The position numbers were made by a program, and so were the translations under genes. Below are positions 48,201-64,000 of a stretch of 64,000 nucleotides of DNA, in pieces. The stretch covers positions 18,662,001-18,726,000 of the forward strand of contig JBHGNT010000010.1 of the NCBI GenBank assembly GCA_043228905.1, read 5' to 3'. The notes under the pieces were generated by a model. That model did no database searches, had not been told where the DNA came from, and saw nothing but the letters and a program-made list of their open reading frames with translations. Position 1 is the stretch's first letter. Every line of letters starts with the position of its first letter. Source of the stretch: Azolla caroliniana. Its lineage: Eukaryota; Plantae; Polypodiophyta.

Positions 48201-49328
48201 CTTTGTTTACCAATGAACATTCCTAAAAACAATGATGAATTGATTCCTATGATACGACACATAGTTGATTGAACTTGTTATTTTAACTTGTCATTGGTTT
48301 CTTTCCTTTATCCTTTAAGACAAGGATGACCCTCTTGATGTCATGATACTTGTTGTATTGGTAGCAAGAGTCTTTTTAGCAACAAGTCAAGCTTTTTGCA
48401 TCATCCTTCATTATTTCAACAAGCAAATTGATCATCATCTCCTCTTATCTACTCTACTTTGTGATTGGTGTTTCTTTATCTATCACGATCATACGTTTCT
48501 TCTTCGATCTTCTTTCTCTTTTAACACTATTTTTGTTTGGCTTCCTTGGACACTTCAACTCTCTTTTGCCTTTTTCACATTTTGTTTTCTCTACTTCCAC
48601 ATTCTTGTGAGTTAATGTTGCTTGCTTTTTAAAATTGCTCTTTGCTTTTTGGAACCACAACTCTCTCTTGTGTTGTAGTCCCCTCTCTTGCTCAAGATTT
48701 TGGTCTCCTATTTCATCTTTAGATTCATAGTCTCCCCGTTGAGAATATAGGATGGGTTCACAAATGAATTACCACATAATACCGGTGAATTCATGAGCTC
48801 CTTGTCGAGGAATAGATATAGTGTTTAAGAATGAGGTGCTTGAGCTCAATAAGAAATATGGGTCAGACCGGTTAGAGATACTTACTAGAAACGAAACTTA
48901 AACCTCACCAAAACATATGAAGTTTTCTAATAAATCCATATACAGTATCTAGAAAATTCTCCTAAATTCATATGATTTGAAATGTAAATTGGGGAATTCA
49001 TTAAAGAAAGGTTACTAGGACATACATACATGATGGGAAGGTGTGAGATTTATGATGCTTTATGTCATGTTGCAAGGTTTGAACTATGAACTATGAAAAA
49101 TAGTTCACCATAATTCCGGAGATTCCATCAAGTTAGAGACTAGAGTCTTTGATATTCATTCAAATCCTAAAAACACTAGTATAACTTGCGGAAGGTAGTG
49201 AGCATTATGATATGATTTAAAGAGTTTAAACGCTCTAAATCAAGAGCAGGGAATGGGTCATTATTAATTGCCAATCAGTAGCCCATCAAAGATGCAGCAA
49301 AGAATAACCATCGGTAACTATTAAATTA

Positions 49329-49520
49329 TAGGAGTCTGCAACGGCTTGACGCAAGCCTGAACTGAGTTGTTTAAACCGTTTTTGAAGGGTTGGCGAGTTT
49401 GGTTCGGGTTGGTTCAAGCTTGAGCTTCCTTAACCGGTTTGAGCCTTACAAACCGGTTCCCAAACCGATTAAGGCCTAATCGGTTCGGACAAACCGGTTA
49501 AGCCTTAACTGGTTTAGGCA
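49329..49520. mobile_element. hAT/MITE-like end rich in AAACCG/CGGTT repeats upstream of the JmjC gene
   Basis: Begins TAGGAGTCTGCAACGG and contains repeated AACCGGTT/AAACCG motifs. No matching second TIR was found. Confidence 0.4.
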
Positions 49521-49898
49521 TAAGGTGAGTGGAGTGTAATTGTGAGGGGTATATTTTGGAATTAGGGAAAAGGAGAGAGTGGCATTTCAAGAATTAGAGG
49601 AGGGCATGGCCCCATGCCACACAGAGAGACAGTCTGACAGAGACAGAGAGAGAGAGGCAGAGCCCCAGAGACAGGGGAATGGCGAGAATAAGAGACGGAT
49701 AAAATGATATAATAAGGCCATATATTTGTATTCTCTATCGTGGGTTCTGATTTGTTCTCCTTAAGATGTGAAGCTTCAAAAGATCCCTGCCTCTTTCTCT
49801 TTCCGTGTTTTTTTCCTGAAGTGTATCTCATCTGTACATAAATCTGCAGAACATATACAAAGCGTTGCATGTATTAGCCATACACCATTGATGAGATA

Positions 49899-54458
<4,560 letters not shown>

Positions 54459-57196
54459 TATGAGTGGACCAGATAAACCATTTGGATAGGCAAAGAAGTT
54501 TCGTTGTAAGGATGTTGCTTGTAAGTATTGATCCAAATTTTTGTCTATATTTGGACATCCAAAGGCATTTGAATTGTAAAAAGAGAGTTTTAGTTAGAGT
54601 TGGTTGATTTATTTTTATTTCTTCTGATGAAGAACATCATTGTTTCCTCTTTACTTAGATCATCTGATTGGGGAAATATCAATAATACCCTTGGTATTTT
54701 TGTAAATAACAATGTTCTAGTAGAAATAAGTAAGCCCATCAATCTTTTAATTTGATCAATCAAATACATCATTAAATCTTTTTATCCAAAACTAACTGGG
54801 TGGATGATTACAATGTAATCTTGTCTCTCAATTACCCATTTATTTATGTTTAGTGTTTAAGTTTTCAGTATCTATGTTAATATAAATACACTTGTTATTG
54901 TTTCTGCATGCTAGTGACCTAGTACATTATGTATATACATTTGTGTTACAGAATGTATAGTCCAATTCCCTTGCACTTTTTCCCTCTACAAACATGAATT
55001 ATATTACTGGAGACAACCTCAGAAATGTGTTGTGAAAACACACACGTAGTAAAGTGAAGTGATCATGAGATCTTTAGTTGAAGAAATATAAGCTTCAATG
55101 TCTTGCTCAATTTGTATATGGTTGTGAGATATCCCTTCTATCCCACATGTAAGCATCCCGCAAATAAGAGGACCCTAGTTTAAACACCCAAATGTTGACA
55201 AACTTTAATCAATTTCCAATGAACTTCCTCTTTGTTATCTAGATAGATGAAGGCATCCCGTCCCCTCTACATGCTTCTCATCTTGTGTCACTCATTTCTA
55301 CCATTTTATAGCTCTATCATTTCCTAGTAATCAATATATATTTGCCTCGTCTTCATCTTGTCCTTTCTAGTGAAATGTTAAATTTGAGCTTGCGCCAAGG
55401 AGATGATGTGGTAAATGACTTGCTTGGGTGTCATGATGTATTATAGGTTTGTAATGCATCTGAGATCGGGTTGAGGGACTTCCGTTAGGTATTATAAAGA
55501 AGGGCTCGTGTTATTTGTAAGAATTCCAGATTAAGCTGATATAAAGCCCTATCATGTGAAATACGGTAAATAGGAACAAAACCTCAAATTTTAGAGAAAA
55601 GGAAAAGGCAATTATATTTAATGATGCTGTCGTCTGCTGAATCAGAAATGATAAAAGTGTTTTACAAGTCATCAACTTCAAAGTTCAAATTTCATCAAGA
55701 GGCATGGATAGCTAATAATGGAATTCGCTTTTAATTTGGACATCAAATCTGCTAAGGTCCAAATAGAGTTTTCATTCCAGAATCAGGTTCCATTGGTCAT
55801 TTGATTCAAGCCTAAAATCCTGCATTGATTGAAACATAATTAAATTATTGTTTGATAGAATTTCTAAATCATCAAGGGTTTCATACTCCTGGAACAGTCA
55901 GTTTGTATAATATTTCTTAAAATGATCAGATTTTACCAAAATACAAAATTGTGTATGCTAGACATACTTTTTATTTGTAAAATCAGTACATTTTATATGT
56001 ACTCTACACATTTCTGTGCATACGATAGAATATTTTCATTCCTCACCAGATTTTGTACATTGGACTACTTAAGCCACAGCACTAAAATAAATACATGATG
56101 CAAAGTAGCCTCGTAGATCAACCTAGTGTCACGCATAGAAAGCAAATTATTTCTGAACTTGAGATATGATCAACAATGCAAAATGATCTACTTTCATTGG
56201 TTTCCTATGCAAAAATGTGAAAAGTATTTTCACAATGTATTAGATTCATATTTGCGAAGCCTTCAAAATCAAACCTTCAGAGTTACAAACGTACTTAAAA
56301 TCACCCATCAGAGTCAAATGATCCCTAAAATAAACTCAGTCAAATAAGTGATAGACTCACAATTACATACTATGATTCAATCCAATAAATTTGATAATTA
56401 CCATTGAGTACCATGTACACCATTCACTTGAGCATCACAATCTTCATTGAGTATAAAACTTTTTTACTTTTTTCCTCCAATTAATTACCCAACTATAGTG
56501 ACCTCGCATTTTCCTTCATTTTGTTATTGGTTTGCTATCTCCCATGCCATACAAGAAAACAGATGGGTAAAATCTAACAGAAAATGTTCGCCCTTAAATT
56601 CATTTAAATGTCAAGCCAACACTCCCTTGCAGTTATTCTTTTGATCTTCTCAGCATGGAGATAACATCATAAATTGTCTTTTGATTACATTAGCTTGAGA
56701 TAAACAGCTTAAAATTCATATTTACTGCTCAAAAATCCACAAAAATTGTCCTAGTGTTAAGGCAAAACATCCAGATAGATAATTGACAATCCATTACATA
56801 AATACATTGTCAAACTACCAGAGTTGGTTGAAAGGGATACATACCTTGATTATATCTCAATACAACTAGTTAAACTTAAGTTCTCATACATGCACAAGTA
56901 CCTCATTATTAATGCAATCTCAACATACTAGAAATAGCACAAAATACTTATAGGTCATCATGAACATTCTCACACGCATGGTAAAGTAAGTAACACATAC
57001 ATAGTTCCGACTCAAAATGCTAATAATTATAAAACAATCATTGAGTTCATCATGAACGAGATAGTGATTGACCAAGGCATCTCGAAGTCCAAAATGTGAT
57101 TGATAACTTTCATCTCTTAATACATGGGATGAACATTGAAAAGTATAGATTGCAAAAGGTATCCACGGTTGAACATCCACTAAGTGATCTGGTGTT

Positions 57197-60100
57197 TTAT
57201 GCAATGTTCAAAACCTCAATCTCGAACACAAGAACTGAATTAGGTTGGATTCCCCACGCTGGGAAACCACCTGCTCCATAGCCATAATCAGGTGAGCACT
57301 ACATAATAAAAAACAACAGACAAAACAAGATTAAGAAAAAATTATCAGGTAGAGGCAAATTTTAAAGAGGAATCATTTAACATTCAAAAAAATTTGAATC
57401 ATATGCATGATGTATGTTTGAGCTAGCAGTGCTGTCATCCAACCAATGATCGATCTCAAACCAGTCAAACAAAAACTATCAGAAAAACAAAAACTAGAAA
57501 AGTATGGCAAACTTCAAATCTAGGGTAGATGCAGGATATTTATCTTCATAAACTATAGAATTTAGAGCATCATCAACAAATGTCAGAATGCCATATTGTA
57601 TGAATGGATATAAGCCAATGTAAGCCTGTGGGATCAAGGAAGGAAAGCTGTAATATAATGATACACCATTTATAAACCTACCAATAAAGCTTCCAATATT
57701 GCATAAAATAGTAGCAAATTACAAACACATCAATCAAACTTCCAATATAGAAAAAAAAGACCTTCTCTACCTTTATATGATATTAGAAATGGCTACATTA
57801 GAACATTAATAAGCATATTGCAGTATCAAGCATCCATATAAGATACATGTCAGGTATCCTAGAACCCTCACATTCATCAAAATCTAGAAACAAATAGCAA
57901 GAAAATCAAAACCATATACGTAACTAATCAGGTAACAATAACAAATACAGCATAAAATGCATCCTTCAATTGAACATTTGTAAAACTATCCACAATCCAG
58001 AAAAGATACATTCTACATGTTATACACATCAATAAAATCTCATCAATATAGAAACCAGTGTCTCAGAAACAAAATATGCACTCCTAAACCAATGGAATAA
58101 CAATAAATAAACAACAAGGTGCATCTTGCAATCCCCAATCGAAGAACCCTGTAGGAATGATCCATAGAAAAAACCACATTGTAATTGTAAAGAATACACA
58201 AAAGAAATACCTAGCTAGCTATCATGTAAAATAAATACTAGTATCAAAAACAAAAACAGTGTGCATATGCATACATAAAGATATATAAGTGAAAATGATT
58301 AGAAACCAAATAAAACTTATGCCAGTCAGCATAAACCATAAAATCACATTACGATCATGGGAAAAATGAGAAAGCAAACCCGTAGACGAGCGACTTCTCC
58401 AAGTTGCATACTTAAGACGCCTTCATCCCAACCTGACACCAAAACAATATCATGTAAGAATCTTTTGGCATGAATAACCAATTTAAATCATGTAAAACTC
58501 TCTAGCATAACAAGAATATATACAGTCGTGACTTGATTGACTTGGATTGCTAACAATTCTTAATTTGGATTTCTGAAAACTTCTCTCTATCATATTCAAA
58601 TATAAGTACAATGAACAAAACAGCCTCTTGAAAGAAATAGATGTTAATGTAAGCTTGAAGTGTTTGCAAAAACAATTTTTCCTATAATACGCATAGGTGA
58701 AATTGTGAGAAAATAGCACAAAATGCAAGGAAATTTACAAGGACTGTATAAATATTCCAATTGGAGTTTTGTTCACTTCATAACATAATATTTCCTTCCA
58801 AATAGTTTGAAAAATCCATCAGACATCTTAGTGAATAAGGACTATTCTTTCCCAAATAATGCAAATCAAATTCTCCATATACATTTTTAAGTCAGAAGAA
58901 AATCAAAAACTTTGACGAAATTCAATAATCTTTTACAAAACTTGAGCGTTCAGAAGAAAGTATACCTTTGATAACTTTTCCTTGTCCAACTTGAAATTTG
59001 AAGACCTGCTGACCAGGGTCTTTGGTGCTGTGCCAAATTGAAACGCAATAGAAACAGAATTAGACAAAAATCTTTCTGAGAGAGATTTAACAGAGCTCCC
59101 AGATGCCCTCGAATATTCCTTTACTCCCCTCAAATGCTCCCGAGCAATACAGTTCACGTTTACTTCCTAATTCCTGCATTTACTTTCTTTTCTGTAAATG
59201 CTACTGTTCTTCATTATTAGAAAACAAATATTGTTGGGGAAATACTCCCAAAAGCCCCTGAATTTTTCCAGTATTTCCCGCAAATGCCCCTAACTATGCT
59301 TCTCATTATTTCCCCAGATATACCCTTGCCCAATCCCCACCATGCAATTATATGGTCAATTTCAACCATTTTCTTTCTCTCAAAAGCTAATATTATAATT
59401 TGAATCTCAATAATAAGAATTAAAGATCCATTCACCTCCAGAACTTCTGTGACAGGTCTCCATTCTTTCCTGTGAAAAAGAAGAAGAAGAAGACAACAGA
59501 ATAAGGTGAAAAAAATCCGTGCAGAAGGTATAAAAAAATCCATCAGAAGGGTTTTTGCCTGAATTTGATATTGCAAAAGGGTTTTTTCTACTCCTATTTG
59601 CAATTGAGTTTCTTCTTTACATTGATAGCAAAATTTAGCCTTTTCCTCTGACTTCTTGCTGGGCCTTTTTTCTACGATGATTTTCCGATGCTTTGTGTTT
59701 TACCCTGGAACTCGTCAATGGTTTATTTTATTCTACTATGATTTTTCAATGCCTTTCTCTTATCTACTATTATTTTGCAATGATTTCTTTTTATTCGGCT
59801 CTTGGAATGACTTTTCTTTTTCTCCTCTGATTTTTCAAAGGTTTGTTCTTTCGTACAGACATTTTCCAGTGGTTTCTTTTTTGAACTGTAACTTTAGAAA
59901 TGTTTCTTTCTTTCTCTTACTCTGATTTCGCAATACCTTTTCTTTTTCTACTCAGGATTTTCTATTATCAGTATCACAATTGTTACCTGCAAAGAATTTT
60001 TTGTCATTCTTCCCTGCAATTTCCACACAGAGTGATTTTCAAAGAGATTGTGGTTTCTACATAATGGTTGTTTCCCCCCCTCCCCAATCACATAGAATTT

Positions 60101-60392
60101 AAATCTTGTAAAAATGGTTACACTAATGACAGGATATTTCTACCGCGCCTAGAAAAACAGGGTATTTCTACTCCGTTTTCTCACAAACATAAGCAGAGAA
60201 GACATGCAAGTCGACCATAGCAGGGCAAGGTAAGCAAGAAATTTTAACTCAAAGAACACAAAAAAAGGTGTGTGTATTTGAGAGAGAGAGAGAGAGAGAG
60301 ATACCATAGCCAGTGCAGTGGACGGTCACAGTTTGTCCTGGAGAAGGCTTGGGTCCATGTCCACCTCTCAACACCTCCTTCTCCACACCCAT
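57197..60392 (-). CDS. FKBP12: FK506-binding protein 12 (peptidyl-prolyl isomerase), 112 aa, 5 exons
   Basis: Exons 60392-60305, 59469-59436, 59027-58966, 58432-58380 and 57298-57197 give [112 protein letters not shown]. Confidence 0.97.
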
Positions 60393-60494
60393 CTCTGTCT
60401 CTCTGTCTCTCTGCAGAAAAAACACCTTACCTCTCTCTGCTTTTGCTTCTGATTCAAATGCTGCCTCCTCTTTCCTTTTGTTGGATATTCATAT

Positions 60495-60526
60495 GAATAC
60501 ATATACATATGTATGTACTATGTATG

Positions 60527-60618
<92 letters not shown>

Positions 60619-60687
60619 ATGTATATGTATATGTATATATATATATGTATATGTATATGTATAATGTATATGTATATGTATATGTAT

Positions 60688-60719
<32 letters not shown>

Positions 60720-60738
60720 ACAGTATATGTATATGTAT
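60495..60738. repeat. (TATATG)n microsatellite upstream of FKBP12
   Basis: Directly visible hexamer run of ~240 bp. Confidence 0.95.
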
Positions 60739-61559
60739 AGCTCGTGACTAACTACTACCAAAAATTAAAAGAGGGCAAGTGAGGGAATCGCGGGCGCGGA
60801 CGGTGCAGGTCGCTCAGCTGATGGCGCATGCGATCTCCACCGTCCAATCTGGATTAAAAAGCTGACAACGTCTGTCACCAGGAGCCCCGACTCGGACACA
60901 AGGAGCCCTCCATCATTAATCCTTCTATGGGTAGTTGAATAGTATGTCATATATGTATGTCACTAGGAGCCCGACCAACTCTGGGTAGGAGCCCGACTCT
61001 CAAAAAAGTAAAAGTAATAAAGAATAATATAGCAATATAATAAAGTAAAAATGAATAGGGTATTGGTTAGAGTTATCCTTAAGTTTTGCTAGGTTTATGG
61101 TCCAAATCCTTCTTCTTTTTAATTCTTTCTCTTTGGTTTTTTTTCCTTCCTCGATTACTTTCTTTATTAGCGTTTCAACATTTGGTTAGTCACTTTACAC
61201 TTCATTTTTACATTTAAGGGTCGTACTAGTGGTATTGAATTCTCGTCTTTACAAGTTACAACGTGATGAATTCTTGTCTTTTGCAATTGTAGATCTTTTA
61301 CCCTATGATCCTTCTAATCCGTGCATCCTGGCCTTAACACTTTTGTTTAAGTAAAATTAGCTCTTACCATTTGGGCTATGTTGATTGTCACTTTAATATG
61401 CAACTCACTCATGTTCCAAGTTAACTCTCGTAATTTGGGCTTTCTTCTTGATTCTTTGACTTTATACCATGGAATACTCTACCTATGGATCATGAGCCAA
61501 AACAAGAACAAATGACACAATGACACATTCACATTTTCAAACTCACTCATTCACTCTAT

Positions 61560-61659
61560 TCACAATAGTATGCAACTCACTCATTTTCCATGTAAAGTTA
61601 GCTTGTTTACATGAAATCGCATGTCTACCATCCCACATGAAAGCATCATTATATATACA

Positions 61660-61702
<43 letters not shown>

Positions 61703-62130
61703 AATTGTGTTGCAATCCCCAATACCATAAATTTCGCAACAATTTCTCCAGGCTCGTCATTCGGAGGAACCCATCTTCAACATAGTGGGCAAAAAAACCC
61801 ATTGTTGTGGCCTCAGATAACACAACGAGGTTAAAATCTTGCCGAATCTCCAATAAGTACTTTATGAAGGATATGCGTTGTAGGGCATTTTTAATGAACC
61901 CTATTTATTGTACTGTCTATCCTCTTATGGAATGGTGCAAAAGAAGCGCGTACCTAACCCTAGTCCTCTTCTCCTTTGAAGCCGAACCTAATGGGAGCCT
62001 ACTAATTATGACTCTCCATATGAAATAGTGTTGCACGAAAATGGGAAATGGGAGAGCCAACCATGTTGAGATATATTGTCAACACCTTGCATTTGACTTA
62101 CATACATTCCACACCTTTTCTGCTTTAGGT
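61560..62130 (-). mobile_element. Degenerate LINE ORF2 C-terminus (zf-RVT plus LWYWGLQHNW) interrupted by (TA)n
   Basis: PFPIFVQH..WRVIISRLPLGSA...CTIP*ED followed by LRNLWYWGLQHNW; same family as the copies at 1180-2325. Confidence 0.6.
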
Positions 62131-63379
62131 GAAAGCCAAGATACTGATGCCATTGCATGTTGTTGCCTCTCTTCTATGTACTTTTCCATGTGATATATAC
62201 ATACATCACATTGTTCATTATAGTTTACGAGGGCATCCCTTCACATGCCTCTCATCCATTCTTGGATTTTTTTTTCGCTTAGTTGCCCTTTAAAAACTTG
62301 GTTTTTCTATCATGTTTTCTTCACACGAAGAAACTTCAAAGTTAGGGGATCTCCCTAGTTGGACACATATATGCATATATGTATGTTCTCTTTACTCATG
62401 ATTGAGTTCTCTATTGTCTTTATTGCAATACCTTAAAACTAGGGGACACATGCTTACATTCTTAAATGTATTTTTACGCATTGTACTTACGTATCATAAA
62501 ACCTTGCAACTATAACCAAATTTATGTCTCCATTATGGAAAAGGGAGAAATTGCTAAGTTGACACATGTGGTTTTGTGGAATTGGTTGGTAACATCGAAC
62601 ACACATCTTAAAGCTTAGCTGAAGTTGTGCTTCCTCACCCAAATCATGTGGGGGGGCTTGGTCAAGCGACATGGGTAGAAATAGTCATCAACCGTTCCTA
62701 TGCTAACTAATGATCCCATTATCACTAAGACAAACTCCACTAATTTCCGTTATAACGATAATTTAGCTAATAGATTACTTGTTTTATCTAAGAACTTATC
62801 TAAACACTCAAGTGGCAAGAAAGAACATAAATAGAATAATTACAACTCTATTCATTAATTTACCCAACTTCATACAAGTGATTAGCATAAGGCTTAGAGC
62901 AAAATCCTTAAAACTAATTGTATGTGCCCTTGAATCGTGAGAGAGAGGGGTGATGGAGCACCTCAAGCCTCGAGTGGAAAAAAGTGAGAAAAGCCAAAGA
63001 GTTGGTTTTCATATTTCCCTTGCAATTAAATACTTTTGTCGTTGTCCCCTTTCACATTAGGGGAAACAATACCCTTTTCTATGCTCTCTCTCTCTCTCTA
63101 TCATGCGAGGAGACTCGTTGCATACGCATATTTGGCCTTGAGAACTTCCGGAATGTAACATTGCATCTGGCCACATTCAAGTTTAATTTCCACACATTGT
63201 CAATTTGGTCTACTTCCTATAGAAATTCCTCTCACAATCACAATGAGCACTCTTGATTGCAACTTTTATCATTAAACTTCTTTTCGAAGTTGAGAGTCAC
63301 TTCTCTAAAATCTAGATATATTGTTTCACTTTTGGTTCCATCTGTCATATTTGACCTCCAAGGATGATAATAAAATCAA

Positions 63380-63620
63380 TCAATCTCTTCTTGATGATGC
63401 CAATGTGTATGTTGATGAAGTGTATGGCAAGTACTTAATACAAACGAAAGCAAGTCATTTCTCATACTCCAATTGAGCCATAGCACCAAGATAAAGCCAT
63501 GTTGAATCCCGACACCTTTATAACTCTCTCATCCATCTACATATGTCTCCCAATGATCTTATAGTAAACATCATTTGTTGATATTTTTGGAAGACTCCCA
63601 TTCCCAACAAATGTTCAATC
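63380..63620 (-). mobile_element. Further degenerate LINE fragment
   Basis: FILVLWLNWSMRND matches the WxNWxMRN motif of the other copies. Confidence 0.45.
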
Positions 63621-64000
63621 AAGCTCTTATGATCCTTCATCCAATTCTAGGGTTGGACCTTGCAATAGCCCTAAACCTTGAGCCTTATCTTGAATATGAT
63701 TATATCTTTTTGTAATAGCAAATGTCGACCTTCTTATTCTAAACATCACGAATCGTTTTGCTTGACCAACTTGGCATCTTGCATTGTTAAAAATCCTAAT
63801 GGAGCCACCCAATATAATTGAAGATAAAAGAGCCTCCTTCCATATCATCTAACTGTGGTGTTGCCAAAACCTCAAATTGCAAAGCATTAGCACACATCCT
63901 CCCTTGATAAATTTTAACACTCTACCAAATTGCTACTGTCATTGTGTAAGCCACATATCCTCATCGTTTCTTTCTTTAGAAATTCCTAATTTTCAAGAAT

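Noticed and set aside
55400-55466. C/D snoRNA-like ATGATGT...CTGA
   Set aside because: Box C is imperfect, with no terminal stem or recognisable guide.
60411-60430. GTAAGG...CTGCAG micro-intron in the FKBP12 5'UTR (minus strand)
   Set aside because: At 20 nt it is far below the plant minimum intron size. The sites may be used separately or be chance.

Overview
AT-rich, microsatellite-rich nuclear DNA from a land plant. A fern is inferred from the PLS/DYW PPR subtype, a KDM2/7-type JmjC gene and an intron-containing SAM synthetase. I built nine gene models by reading splice sites by hand: RUS2-like (DUF647, 9 exons, -), SAM synthetase (+), a P-class PPR (+), two tandem PLS-class PPRs (-), HMG-CoA synthase (11 exons, +), a secreted Ser/Pro/His-rich protein ending in a DUF26/Gnk2 domain (-), a KDM2/KDM7-type JmjC demethylase (12 exons, +) and FKBP12 (5 exons, -). 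Intergenic DNA holds LINE debris, tRNA-like/SINE heads and MITE-like elements. Five observations stand out. (1) A PLS-PPR-DYW gene is spliced in frame to an N-terminal OSB-type PDF ssDNA-binding motif, and its deaminase lacks the catalytic Glu. (2) The KDM2/7-type gene has a U12 AT-AC intron and a GC-AG intron. (3) A ~35-copy 27-bp array in the SAMS 5'UTR intron has a unit that looks like a 3' splice-site module. (4) A TIR-bounded element carries a fused plastid 23S rRNA/psaA cargo. (5) The secreted protein is an HRGP-DUF26 chimera. All family calls come from motif recognition, not database searches.
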